Shown one piece after another: positions 23,611 to 35,812 of a DNA stretch of 64,000 bases. How positions within the stretch are numbered: position 1 is the first letter of the stretch; each line of letters starts with the position of its first letter. Origin of the DNA: Aplysia californica (lineage: Eukaryota); assembly GCF_000002075.1 (NCBI RefSeq), contig NW_004797340.1:1814377-1878376 (forward strand), written 5' to 3'. The translations under genes and the position numbers were made by a program. The notes under the pieces are model-generated. The model did not search any database. It was given only the letters and a program-made list of their open reading frames with translations, and was not told the origin of the DNA.

Positions 23611-23684
23611 TACTAAAACACAAATTAGAAAACTGTTAGACAATACTAAAGGAATATAAGTTCCCCATATATGCACTCACGTAC

Positions 23685-23875
23685 AGGAAAAAACAAGCGA
23701 AATGGGCGGGGACACGCTGGTGGGCATGAAATTCTCTCTTTCAATCACGCTTGAGGCATAGCACCTGTACTCTCCTTCATGGCTTTTCATGGCTGGCTCA
23801 ATCGTCAGTGTGCCTTGTGATAATTTTACAGCACTGCTTTCCTCTACAGGCACACCGTTGTGCTTCCATAGGTAG
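23685..23875 (-). CDS. Ig-superfamily gene, coding exon 3 (YLWKHNG...GTLTI...HEGEYRCYAS; second half of Ig1)
   Basis: TTCTCTTCAG acceptor, GTACGT donor, 191 nt, phase 2-1; canonical I-set Trp and G-x-Y-x-C. Confidence 0.9.
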
Positions 23876-24160
23876 CTGAAGAGAAAAAATTGTCAATTCA
23901 TGTACCATTGTGTTTCCATAGACAGCTGATGTGAAAAACTACCAAAATCATGCACTACAGGGCTTCCATAGATATCTAAAGAGAAAAACTTGTTTAAAAC
24001 ACGTAACGTGGTGCTTCCAAATACCTGAAAAGAAAAAGTATAAAAAACATGTAATATTGAGCTTCCATAGATATTGGAAGAGAAAAAGTATTAAAAACAT
24101 GCAATACTGCACTTTCAAAAATACCCGAAGAGTAAAAGTATCAAAAATATAAAAACGTGA
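23861..24160. repeat. Degenerate tandem repeat of about 50 bp (6 units) spanning the exon 3 acceptor
   Basis: GCTTCCATA-like anchors at 23861, 23911, 23961, 24012, 24060 and 24110. Confidence 0.8.
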
Positions 24161-24629
24161 AACATCAAGAGACTCCTCCGAGATATTTCTGATCCTAGAT
24201 CTAAAAGCAATGCACTTTTAAAAAGACCTAATGAAGGGATAAAGAGCAACTTACTGAACAATATACTGTAAAACCTCAAATAATGTACTCCCCGCAGCCC
24301 CAAAATTTTGAACAACTCCCCCACGAGGCTATTTAAGTTTGAGAGACCCCTGATCTACAGCATAGGCTTTTCAGTTTAGTCTAGTAAGTGTTTTACAGCA
24401 CCTGCAACACAATAAGGTCATAAATATTACGTGCTGAAGATTAGAGGTGTTACAAGAGAGTAGTAACAAACACAAAAAAAGAAGGAGGGGGGATAAAGGC
24501 GATAGATGTTTGATAGGAAAGAAGGGGCAAACCACACCAGAGCACCCGCTAACCACCCACTAATAGACATTTTAGACAGTCCTCTTAAACACATTCGTTA
24601 AAAAGAGACAAGACAATCAAGTTTTTCAC

Positions 24630-24738
24630 CTTGCTTCAGGTATCCCGTCTGCTTCACATTCCAGTGTTATTTTGTCATTGTCTAAGAAATATTTCATGCT
24701 TGGCTGAGTCGGCTTTTCAAGGCGAGGGGGCTTTAATA
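24630..24738 (-). CDS. Ig-superfamily gene, coding exon 2 (LKPPRLEKPTQPSMKYFLDNDKITLECEADGIPEA; Ig1 start)
   Basis: TTTTTCCACAG acceptor, GTGAAA donor, 109 nt, phase 1-2; PPR...LECEA-G-P resembles neuroglian/L1 Ig1. Confidence 0.9.
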
Positions 24739-24944
24739 CTGTGGAAAAAAGGCAATGGAAATATATTATACATGTATGTATATATGAAGCAGAAAAAGAA
24801 AACAAATCAATTTACCTGTGAAATCTTGTTTTCTGTTTCCAATTTTCTTTTCAATATGGTTAGTTGATGCAAGAAAAGCAGGTGAATATGATGAAAACAA
24901 GAAAAAAACAACTCCTTAGATCAGAAAATATTGCGCATTTGAGT

Positions 24945-24958
24945 GTTTGTGAGAGTGT

Positions 24959-24997
<39 letters not shown>

Positions 24998-25290
24998 TGT
25001 GTGTGTGTGTGTGTGTGTGCATACATGTGTGTGCCTGCGCNNNNNNNNNNNNNNNNNNNNNNNNNNNNNNNNNNNNNNNNNNNNNNNNNNNNNNNNNNNN
25101 NNNNNNNNNNNNNNNNNNNNNNNNNNNNNNNNNNNNNNNNNNNNNNNNNNNNNNNNNNNNNNNNNNNNNNNNNNNNNNNNNGTGAGCCTGCGCACTCACG
25201 CGCATGCGTGTGTGTGTGTGTATGTGCATGTGTGTGTGTGTGTGCATGTGTATGTAAGCACACGTGTGTGTGTGCATGTGTATGTAAGCA
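24945..25290. repeat. (GT)n compound microsatellite with N gaps
   Basis: Direct inspection. Confidence 0.95.
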
Positions 25291-25514
25291 NNNNNNNNNN
25301 NNNNNNNNNNNNNNNNNNNNNNNNNNNNNNNNNNNNNNNNNNNNNNNNNNNNNNNNNNNNNNNNNNNNNNNNNNNNNNNNNNNNNNNNNNNNNNNNNNNN
25401 NNNNNNNNNNNNNNNNNNNNNNNNNNCTTAGTGGTTAGGCTCTTGGACTCGCAACCGTAAGGGCGTGGGTTTGAAGCCCGTCAAGGGCCTGACGTTGTGT
25501 CCTTGGGAAAGGCA

Positions 25515-28500
25515 TCATCATCATTGCCTTTCTCACCCTGGGTCAGGATATAGGCCACGAACAAACACGCTCCACCTTTCCCTATCCTGGGCTAGTCGCT
25601 TGATTTCACTCCACGTCTTCCCACTTTTCTGTACATCCATTTCCGTGACTCTTCTCCAGGTTCCACGAGGTCTTCCCCTTGATCTTTTACCCTGTGGGTT
25701 CCAATCTAACACTTTTCTTGATACGCAGCTGCTTGACTTCCTGAGAGTGTGTCCAATCCATCGCCAACGTCTTCTTCCCACCTCATCTCTGACCGGGCTC
25801 TGTCTGGTTCTTCTTAACACTTCCTCGTTGGTGATCCTGTCTGTCCATTTGATCCTCAGCAGCCTCCTCAGACACTTGTTCAAGAAAACCTGGATCCTCT
25901 TCATGCACATATGGGATGCGTTCCACGTCTCACATCCATACAACAAGACTGACTTCACATTTGAGTTGAAAATTCTAAGCTTTGTTCGTAATGAGATATC
26001 CCTGGTCCTCCAAATCCTGCTCAAAGAAATAAATGCAGCCTGTGCCTTTCCAATGCGGGACTTTATTTCAGCGCCTGTTCCTCCCTCTCTGTCAATTATA
26101 CTCCCAAGATAGCAGAACGATTCGACGTCTTCTAGTGCATTTCCTTGTACTGTGACCTGCTCCTTTCGCCGTGCATTTATCCTTAGGACTTTCGACTTTC
26201 CTGGGTGGATCCTAAATCCAACAGACTCGGATAGGCTGTTTAAAATTGTCGTCTTTGCTTGCATCTGCTCCTAAGAGTGTGACAGAAGCGCCAAGTCATC
26301 TGCAAAGTCCAGATCGTCCAACTGTGTCCATGGTGTCCACTGTATACCGTTTTGTGTCCTCTAGTGGTTTCCTTCATCAGCCAGTCAACTGCCAATATGA
26401 AGAGGAACGGTGATAATAAACATCCCTGTCTCACACCAGTCTTGATGTCAAAGGTGTCAGTGAGCTGGCCATCATGTACAACCCTGCAACTTGTCTCTTC
26501 GTACATGCTCTTAATGAGGTTCACCAACTTCTGTGGGATTCCGTGGTGTCTCAGTACCTTCCATAGTGTTGCTCGGTCTACACTGTCAAAAGCCTTCTCA
26601 TAGTCAAGGAAGTTGACTATCAGCTGGGAGTTCCACTCCAGGGCCTGTTCCACAATAATTCTCAGCGTGGCAATCTGGTTGGTGGTTGAGCGATTTTTCC
26701 GGAAACCAGCCTGTTCATCCCGTAGTCTTGGATCCGTTGCTGTCTTGATTCTCTCCAGAATGATTCTGTTGAAGACCTTACCTGGTATTGAGAGAAGTGT
26801 GATCCCTCTGTAGTTGCTGAGATCCCCTTTTTTGGAAGCTTCACGTGGTGTCCTTCTTTCCAATCCTTTGGGAACTTGCTCTCATTCCAGATCCTGGTAA
26901 ACAGTGGGAGGAGGATGTCGGCTGTCACAATGGCATCCAGAATCTCTTGTTTTGAAGAAGCATCACAGCAGATTGGTAACTCATTTCTTGCTGGCAGGAT
27001 GTTTGGTGGGTTACTCGGTGGTGGTCTGTTCAGGAGATTGTTGAAATGCTCTACCCATCGTTTGGACTGAGCTTCCTTTCCAAAATATGGTTTTCCCCTC
27101 TTGGTCCTTTACTGGTACTTCAGGTTACCCGTATTTTCCAGAAAGTGTCCTTGTGGTCTGGTAAAGGATTCGCATGTGCCCTCCTATCGCTGCTTCCTCT
27201 GCCTTCTCTGCTAGCCTGTTCATGAATTCCTCCTTGTCTTTTCTTAGTGATTTCTTGACATCTTTAGCTGTTGTCCTGTACTTCTCCAATGCATCCGCTC
27301 TTGATCCTCTTGTTCTACTTGCATTCGCTTCTGCCTTCAGCTGTCTTCTAATCCTAATTAAATCCAATGAGTGTTGGCTAATCCATTCCTTGTGCTCCCA
27401 TTTCTTCACACCGAGTACTTCTTGACATGTTGATGTAAAGACTTCTTTAACCTTGGTCCAGGGTGTATCCACCCCCATGTCTTCCTCACCAACATCCGCC
27501 AAAGTTTGAAATCTGTTCTTCAACTGCAGTTGAAACTCCTGTTTCTTGTGTCCATCTAAAAGACTTACTTGGAACTTCATTCTTTTGATTTCTGTTCCGG
27601 TTCCATGCTTTTTGAGATGAAGCTTGAGTTTTGCTAACAGCACATGATGATCCGATCCAGCGTTTGCCCCTCTCTGTACTTTGACATCTTCCAGTGAACG
27701 CCTGAACCTACGAGCGATACAAAAATGATCAATCTGGTTCTCCGTCACTCCATCCGGTGATACCCAAGTAGCCTTGTGGGTCTTCTTATGGGGAAAAACA
27801 GAGCCTCTGATGACAAGACTGTTGAAAGCACAAAGATCTGCAAATCGCTCACCGTTATTCATTTGTCCCAGGCCATGTTGTCCCATGATTCCCTCGTAAC
27901 CTACGTTGTCCTGACCAATCTTGGCATTAGCATCTCCCATTATGATGTTGACATCTTTCCTTGGTAGTTTGTCGATGACCCGCTGGAGCCGGCTGTAAAA
28001 AGCATCCTTGTCATCGTCCGAAGCATCGTTTGTTGGGGCGTAGATCTGTACTATGATCATGTTGATGCTCTTACTTCTGGTAGTGAAAGAAGCCATGATG
28101 ATCCTCTCCCCGTGTGGTTCCCATCCTCTAAGTGACTTCTGCGCATACTTGCTCAAAATAATTCCAACTCCCTCCGCATGGTGCTTGTCTTCCCTCCCAG
28201 AATATTTGTTCCCCCGAGCTGAGCTGCTTCTGTCCAGACTGTATCCAGTGGGTTTCGCTGACTCTTAGTATGTGCAGCCTGTATCATTTCATTTCTTGAG
28301 TCACTTGAGAACTTTTTCCTGCTTCATACAAGGTGCGAACATTCCACTACGCAATCCGGAGAGACTTGTTTGACAGAGAAGGTTTCGGGTCAGAAAAGTC
28401 CTTTCGGCTTTGTCCGCTGTCCTTCATTGTTCCTGTTGATGCAGAAGCTCCTCCGTCTCCCAAGATGAAAAAATTATAAGGCATGTTTGTTCGTGTTTCT

Positions 28501-28670
28501 ATAACTTTCCTTTTTTACTGGGTCGGGTAGTTGGCCCTCCGCAAACTGTCACTTTTCAGGTGGCCAGACCTATGCACCTTTAGTCGCCTCTTACGACACG
28601 CAGTATCAAGGCAGATGTATTCTTTACTCCCCCATAGTAAAACTATGAGGCCCCCCCACCTGCAGTGGCA
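25515..28670 (-). mobile_element. RTE-clade LINE retaining its 5' UTR; ORF decayed
   Basis: 12-bp TSD TTGGGAAAGGCA (25503-25514 and 28671-28682), (TGA)n tail, APE endonuclease and RT fragments. Confidence 0.93.
25533..28427 (-). pseudogene. RTE endonuclease-RT ORF with stop codons and frameshifts
   Basis: MKDSG...IA*WNVRTL, YAPT, GDANAK, NQIDH, SDHH, DYEKAFDSV, GVRQGCLLSP, YLGS, RGRPRGTW. Confidence 0.9.
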
Positions 28671-29424
28671 TTGGGAAAGGCACTTTACACGAATTTTCCT
28701 CCCTTCACCCAGGTGGGAATGGGTACCCGGCTATGGACAGCGAAGGATCTTGTCAGTTTGTTTGTGTTTGAGCGCTTAATCGGCTGCTTGCACTGTATGC
28801 TTCCCGGGAAGCTGAGAATTTTTCGGAGTGTTCTATGGTCTGCTGGGGTAATAATATAGGTAAAGCGCATAGAGCCTGCTGTTGAGCGGGGATATGCGCT
28901 ATACAAATGCTATCTATTATTATTATTATTATTGTTAGAGCTGGGTCGCGAGCGCGAGAACGGAACTGAATCGCAACACTTCCCAGCGGAAAGTGATTCG
29001 CAATTCACTTCCCTATTTTACAAAAGATGGTATAGTCCAACCCCCCTACTAAAACAAAATGAACGGGTTCCAACCAATAACCAATAGACAGAACAAATTT
29101 TATGGAGGCATTGTTTTAGCCAATCATTGGGAGGGGGGGGGGGTGAATTATGGGGTCGCTAACTGAGGTCAGTACAGCTGCGCAACGAAGGGTGGGGTGG
29201 GCAGAGAGGACAGTGGGACAACAAAAGTGGGACTTGCCAAGTGGTGTTGATATGTCTGATATGACACTGTTCCGTTTCACGAATACAACGAGCCCGAGGC
29301 TTAGTGTTCCACGAGCGCCCGCAAACTCGCAATTCTTTGAAGCCGACTGAATCGCGAATCGCCACTCTCAGATTTGGCGAGCAGGATCCCGGTTCATGTA
29401 GGCGTAAATGTGTCAGCATAATTC

Positions 29425-29654
29425 TCTACCCCAGAATTACAAAGTTCCATCTGCTCAATACCTACTTTTGAGAGATTTTACATGAAAAAATTTGAGTTTC
29501 ATAATACGAGCAGTTCTTTGAATATCTTGATAATGACCAAGAATAATCTTACGACTTTGATAGTGCAGATAGAGCATTTGGTTTCTGACCTCATGGTCTT
29601 AGTAACTCAAAATGGTGAAAAATGTCAGATAAAATTTTGTAATTCTGAGGTAGC
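29425..29654 (+). mobile_element. MITE family B copy
   Basis: CTACCCCAGAATTACAAAG ... TTTGTAATTCTGAGGTAGC. Confidence 0.8.
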
Positions 29655-29787
29655 GATATGTTTGCTTGCTTACACTACACATGTGCATTTCATGTGTATG
29701 TAGAAAGAGTGAGTGCTTGTGTCTGCATATACATATAAGAAAAAGAAAGGTCGAAAAAGAAGAAACTCTTTAAACGTTACTACTTAC

Positions 29788-29854
29788 TTCTGTCATCAGA
29801 ATATGTGAAGGCACACAGCAAAACAATAACCAGCAGCTGCCACAACCACGACAT
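29788..29854 (-). CDS. Ig-superfamily gene, coding exon 1 (signal peptide MSWLWQLLVIVLLCAFTYSDDR)
   Basis: ATG, hydrophobic core, phase-1 GTAAGT donor matching exon 2. A polypyrimidine acceptor just upstream implies a further 5' UTR exon. Confidence 0.8.
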
Positions 29855-30678
29855 TGTACCTTCATCTGGAGATACTGATGAAAAAGAAGTAGAAGACTGC
29901 ACTATAAATTTTCTGTCAGATGTAAACAGCGACTCAGTGGCTCTGTATCACTCCATAATCATGCAAGTAAGTTAAAAAACCAGCAGACCACTGTGAGTTA
30001 ATGAAAATGCAGAAAGTCACCTAAATATCACTAGATTCTAACCGTAATGCGCAATAAAAAAAAAGACGCCAGTACAAAATCGTGTATAATTCAAGGTTAA
30101 TTTAATACCATGAATTGACTATGTGCTTGAGCCTTGGTAAGCTTGACTGCAGTTTAAAACTGTCAAATCTTATCCGCTTTTGTATTCAGCCAGGAATGGT
30201 AAAAACACATATGCAGATATGAATAGTAATCTAAACTTGCATGAAAGAATTTCAACAAGAAGAGAAGTTTTTTACCTGACAATGAAGGAATAAAGGTAAA
30301 AAGCTGAAACTTGGGGTGAAAGCCAACAATCATCTTCATAAAAAGCATGCGGATTTTGGGGAATTTCCAATCACATGTTTCAACACCAGTGCACTGTAAG
30401 TGTAAGCAAAGATTCTGTATAACAAAATGGTTCACTCCACTCTTTGAACCAATTAAAAAAGTGTCCTCAAAATCCTGTGGCTCCCTCTTCGAAAAAGCAC
30501 CCACTTTGTGAACAGAGTTATCTTACTTGTGTGGAAAAAAATCAAAGTGAAACTAACAAGTTTTCATATAAAGTGTAATTACAATTTCGGAATAATGCTT
30601 TTTTAAAAGGTTACGCTGACAAAAATCCTCTTCAGGTGGAAGGGGAGACTGTTTTCTTCGTTTAATATTGCTTTAGAA

Positions 30679-32067
30679 CGAGAGGCGAGAGGTCATTAAA
30701 ATAAAATAAACCCAAAACTCCACACTGAGTGAACCGGAACAGCTGATGCACAAGGGGGTGCTATTCCTATTTTTTTTTTTTTTGAGAAACGAAAGAGAGC
30801 TTCAAAACAAAGACTACAGCGACATCTGAACCAATGTGAGGACTTCCACGGACACTTTTTTGGCCGAGTGAACTATCTTATTATGCACAATCTTTGGTGT
30901 AAGTGAATGGGGGTATGTTGTTCTCCAGTTTCAAATTGAAATTAGAGAAAATTGAGCACAGGACAGTAATGAAGTGTTTGTTTTTGCAAGGCAAGCAACA
31001 ACAGGATACTTTTACAGAAATGCATGCTGAATATGGAACTGATTGCACATCCTATGCTGCGAAAAAATTTTGGTGTAAAAAATTTAAATGTGGATTCATG
31101 GACATTGAAGATGACCACCGTTATGGTCACCCAATGATAGCAACAACAGAGGAGAATTTGTTGAAAATCAAGAAACTTGTGTTGTCTGATAGGTGGGTGA
31201 CAGTCGAACGTTTGACCAAAGAAACTAGGCTTAGCATTGGATCAGTTGAACAAATTTTAAATGAACATTTGAATATATGACCAAAGTTTCTGCGAGATGG
31301 GTCCCACGTTTCTTGACTCCTGTGCAATGTATGGATTGTTGTCAAGAACTGCTTGGTCTGTATGAAAAGGATAACACTAAATTTTTTGAACGACTTGTAA
31401 CCATGGATGAGACAAGGGTCCACCACTACGATCCTGAGTCAAAATCTGCATCAATGCAGTAAAAATTGCCCTTGTCTCAAAAAACCAAAGAAGGCAAAGG
31501 TGCAGCCATAAAGTGGGAAAGTGATGCTATCAGCTTTTGGGACCAAGAAGGAGCGATTATGAGACTATCTTAAAAATGGACATACGATCACCAGAGACCA
31601 TTATAAGCCTGCTTAAAAAAAATAAGAGAGGCTGTAAAAGAAAAACGCAGAGGAAAGATCTGAAAAGGCATCTTCCTGCTTCAGGACAACGCGCCAGCAC
31701 ACACTTTAAAAAAAGCTGCAGAAATTGCACTAGACAGTGGCTATGAAATTTTGCCAAACCTACCCTATTCTTCAGATTTAGCCCTGTCCGACTTTTAAAA
31801 AAAATTCTCTAAACGGAAAAACCATTTAAAAGGAAAACATTTTGAAAGTGATGATGAGGCGAGTTCAAAGAAGTTGTAGAAGGCTGGTTTTCTGACAAAG
31901 AGAGGGTCTTCTATTCCCAAGGTCTTTTTAAGGTCATAACATCAAAAGGCAAAAATGTATAATTGTGGGAGGTGACTACAAAGAGAAAAATTAAGGTTAG
32001 TACCAAATTTCAGCTTTCTACTTTTATTCCTTCGTGGTCAAGTAAAAAACTTTTGGCATGCGCCTCA
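30679..32067 (+). mobile_element. Decayed mariner element (transposase remnant about 30945-31994)
   Basis: WVPRFL, VTMDETRVHHYDPE, QDNAPAH and PYSSDLALSDF motifs across several frames; degenerate TIRs. Confidence 0.88.
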
Positions 32068-32303
32068 TATGACAAAGATTTGGCTGGCCGTCTCAGATAG
32101 GTATAATAATTTCGGCTGATCGTTATTAAAATATATGGTGGCAGGGGCAGAGTTGGCGGGTGCCCCTTTTACACAGTGATATTATAGATCTAGATCTAGG
32201 CCTAAAGATAATGAATAGGCTATTCATACTCGAGTATGAATAGCCTCCGATGGCTATTCAGACTCAAACTCCAATAATGTAGAAGTATTGTTGCTTGTCT
32301 AAC

Positions 32304-32741
32304 CATGTCATGACACGGTGGAATCAGGCACTCGTCAATTTTTCAGCATGTGGAGTTATTGAGATTCATCTAAAAGCTGTTTCACTTCCCTTGCTTCTAT
32401 TGAAATATATCCATTTATCTTGAATAAAAATCAAAATATTCGCAATTAAAGGAGGTAAGGTTGTCTGGTTTCAGTGGCGAAATTAGCGAAAAATGGGCTG
32501 CCCAAAATTTTGGTAATTTCAATAGCTAAAGAGTCCTTCAAAACTAAAAAGTGACATAATTTTGTATCCATAATCAGTATTTTTCAGTAAAATTTCCAAG
32601 GAAATGTGTTTTTATATGGAAATAAAAGTGGTTGAGCCAAAAAATAAAATTCGATTAAAATGTCCTAACAGGCGGAAAAAATGCCTTTTTCTCAGATTTA
32701 GTCATTTTGACAAGCGCCTGATTTCACAACGTTGCCTCACA
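32304..32741 (+). mobile_element. MITE family A, copy 3
   Basis: Same TIRs and body as 817-1256. Confidence 0.8.
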
Positions 32742-33179
32742 TATATATCACGGCGCACCTGCAGTGGAATTTTAGTTACCGCGGGGGGTTCCCCGGGATG
32801 GGTTCCCCGCGGGGCGCCTTATCACGTCACGGTCACAGGGGTCAGCTCTCTGTCACCACTCTGTCTGGGCCGACTTAATTTTTGGTACTTTTCAACGTAC
32901 AGTTTTAGGGATACCCTTGTATTTTTATGGTAATTATCATTTAATGTACCAAAAGCACGCATTTCTGCTCTTGAGACTAAAAAAAGAACAGACTTGTCTG
33001 GTTATTTCGTTAGATGCGCTGAAGTCAGTGATGCTATATTGTAAAATTTTTTGGACAAATGTGAATGAAAAAAATCAGTATTAAAAATAAAGACATGACA
33101 AAAACTATTTAACTTTTGGAACATGAAAGACATAACATTGGTGCAGATACTCGGAAAAGATAGTATCTGCGGATATATA

Positions 33180-33421
33180 TGGTCACTTTTAAGAACAAGC
33201 AGGCTATCCCGAAAAATGCTGTTTTGAGAAAATTGAAGTTAAAGTTTTTGCCCCTTGTTCAGTTTCTTTAAAATACAAGGAGAGTTCTCTCTATCAAACA
33301 AATACACACCAATGAAAGCAAACTTCTACTATGGGTAGGGCAACGCCCACTTTTGGTGTAGGTCAAGATTTCTGGAAACCCCTGAAATCTGAGTTAGCCC
33401 GCTTGTCCATAAAAGCGACCA
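33180..33421. mobile_element. MITE in a TA run
   Basis: TGGTCACTTTTAAGAACAAGCAGGCTA ... TAGCCCGCTTGTCCATAAAAGCGACCA. Confidence 0.75.
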
Positions 33422-34813
33422 TATAATAAACTCTGATTTTATTTGAACACCATGTAAAGTACGCCGTTGGAAAAGCTTTCCCTTTAGACCACTGTTACTT
33501 TGAACGACTGACTTTTGTTCCCTTTGGAAGGATTTTAATTTTAATTTTTCACTTCTTAATTTCTAACTGAACTGGACTTCAAATTGATCAATGATTTTGT
33601 CTTTCTCGTCAAATAAAGCGGATTTCTAAAGACTACCTATTGATAGTTGGCTGCCACTTTTCGGACTCGAGTCTGAATAGCCTCCAATGCGCATGCGCAA
33701 TCACCGGTACGGGTGCACCGAACTGAAGCGGACAGGCAATTCAACCTTCGCCTTCCTCGGTTTCTACGACCTGGCCAAAATTTTCTACACAAATAATGTA
33801 AAGTAACGGCAAACAGGGAAACGGCAATCTGAGCTCAAAGCAGTGACGAAAAATTGAAAATCAAAGTTTCAGAATAACAAAGGGTTATAAATAACTATCA
33901 ATAGGTAGTCTAACCCACTTTATTTTACGAGAAAGATAAAATCATTGATCAATTGGAAGTCAAACTCCTTCCAAAGGGAACAAAAGCCTGTCATTCAAAG
34001 TAACAGTGGTCTAAAGGAAGAGCTTTTCCAACAACATACTTTACATGATGTTCAAATAAAATCAGGACAAAACAACATCGAAAGTGTTAGACAAGGAACA
34101 ACTTCTACATATATAATGTACAGTATTGAAGTTTGAGTCCGAAAATTTGAATAGCCACGGGAGGCTATTCAGTCTCAAGCCCGAATACCCACTTCGTTGC
34201 GTTGTTGTTCTGAAACATTGATATTTTCTTTTTTTTTTCACTGCTTTGAGCTCAGATATTGCCCTTTCCCTATTTGCCTTTGTCTTGTAGCATTTCCGAT
34301 TTTGCAACTGTTGTTCACTTTTGACATCACTAATATCCAACCGAGGAAGGCCAAGGTTGAATTTCCTGTCCGCTTCACATTCGGTACACCTGGTGGAGTT
34401 TGAGTCCGAATAGCCACTGGAGGTTATCCAGACTTGAGTCCGAATAGCTACGGCAAAAGAAAAAACGCAAGGGGGGAAATGGAAAGTGAACTAATTAATA
34501 TAATTATTATACAGGTGGTTGTCAAGGGAGGTAAGACTGTACTTTGTAGGAGTTTATAAAACCTCCATTTCCTCATAGAACCTCTCTTTTTTAAAGTTTT
34601 TACGAATAGAATGAATCTGGTCTAGATCTAGATCTAGATCTAGGGCTAGAGTCTAGTGTGGTAGAGTCTAGTAACAATGTCTATTGACACAGACAAGACT
34701 CTAGGACAATTGTTTATTTTCTCTCGTTTAATTCCGGCCGCGCTTATTTTTAAGACGAAACTCTATTCCACTGATTCTGAAAAGGCACTTTGCGCTGGAG
34801 TAAAAGTAAGAAA

Positions 34814-35313
34814 GTGGCTATTCTCACCCGCCCGGAAGTTCTCGCAAGATCAACTCCTCCCCTCTTCTCTCTCTCTCTGTCTCTTTCTGAATACTGTCCA
34901 TCGGTGTGGACGATCAAATTGACCAAAACAGCCCAAAGTTAAAAAATGATGTTAAAACACAAAAGTAAATTAATTTGGTTGTCTACAAAGATGCTACGGC
35001 TATTTAACTTNNNNNNNNNNNNNNNNNNNNNNNNNNNNNNNNNNNNNNNNNNNNNNNNNNNNNNNNNNNNNNNNNNNNNNNNNNNNNNNNNNNNNNNNNN
35101 NNNNNNNNNNNNNNNNNNNNNNNNNNNNNNNNNNNNNNNNNNNNNNNNNNNNNNNNNNNNNNNNNNNNNNNNNNNNNNNNNNNNNNNNNAGTTGTAATGG
35201 AACGTTTGTTCATGGCACAGAATTCTACAATTTTTCTGTTATCACAGTGTAGAATTCTGTGGTTTAGGGTGAACGCAAAATTTGGTGAACGCGCACCGGG
35301 TGAGAATAGCCAC
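34814..35313. mobile_element. MITE-like element with 17-bp TIR GTGGCTATTCTCACCCG
   Basis: Perfect 17-bp inverted repeat; contains an N gap. Confidence 0.55.
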
Positions 35314-35431
35314 AAGACTCGCCTGCACTATTCTCACTCCGGGTGAGAATAGAGGTGGCCAAAAGTAAAGAATACGTTTAGTTAACAATACAACGGCAAT
35401 TGTAGGTAGGTAGATTAGAAATCGGCGATTT

Positions 35432-35626
35432 TGTAGTTTCGTTCGTTAAAGTAAGTCAAGCAGGGGGGGCCTAAAAATTTTTAAATCCTAATTTGATGTT
35501 TTGCAGTTAGGTTGCATCCCTGCTCTTTGTGTAGCCTAATTCAAATAGCATTTGGTCTTCAAGACTTCTGGATTTCTTCTCTGAATGTAAACAAATGGAT
35601 CGTGGACTTTAACGAACGGAACTACA
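35432..35626. mobile_element. Small MITE-like inverted repeat
   Basis: TGTAGTTTCGTTCGTTAAAGT ... ACTTTAACGAACGGAACTACA. Confidence 0.55.
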
Positions 35627-35812
35627 AGATCTACTTCACATACTGGCTTAAATGGGCCTTCCGTCCGTAGGCCTACTGGACTCGAACTTCTTTTCTATGA
35701 GACGGGGTGGGAGATGAGTCGGTGGACCAGTCAGTCAGCTAGATATATCTAGCGAATTTCGCAATAGGCTAGCATTGGGCCTTGCAGATATTAAGCTTCA
35801 AAGGGGAAAACG

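Larger units (their letters stand above)
25427..28933 (+). mobile_element. SINE family S1, split by the RTE insertion (head 25427-25514; body and tail 28671-28933)
   Basis: tRNA-like head, GTGTCCTTGGGAAAGGCA|CTTTACAC core restored when the LINE is removed, (ATT)n tail. Confidence 0.85.
32217..34449. mobile_element. Non-autonomous DNA element cluster bounded by palindrome-containing TIRs of about 55 bp
   Basis: 32218-32272 matches the reverse complement of 34396-34449; internal TIR-like copies at about 33660 and 34130. Confidence 0.6.

Noticed and set aside
24816-24847. Possible extra micro-exon with a CAG|GTAAA donor
   Set aside because: No polypyrimidine acceptor at a frame-preserving distance; exons 1 and 2 already join in phase.
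28936-29420. Possible hAT-like element starting TAGAGCTG
   Set aside because: No convincing matching right TIR or 8-bp TSD.
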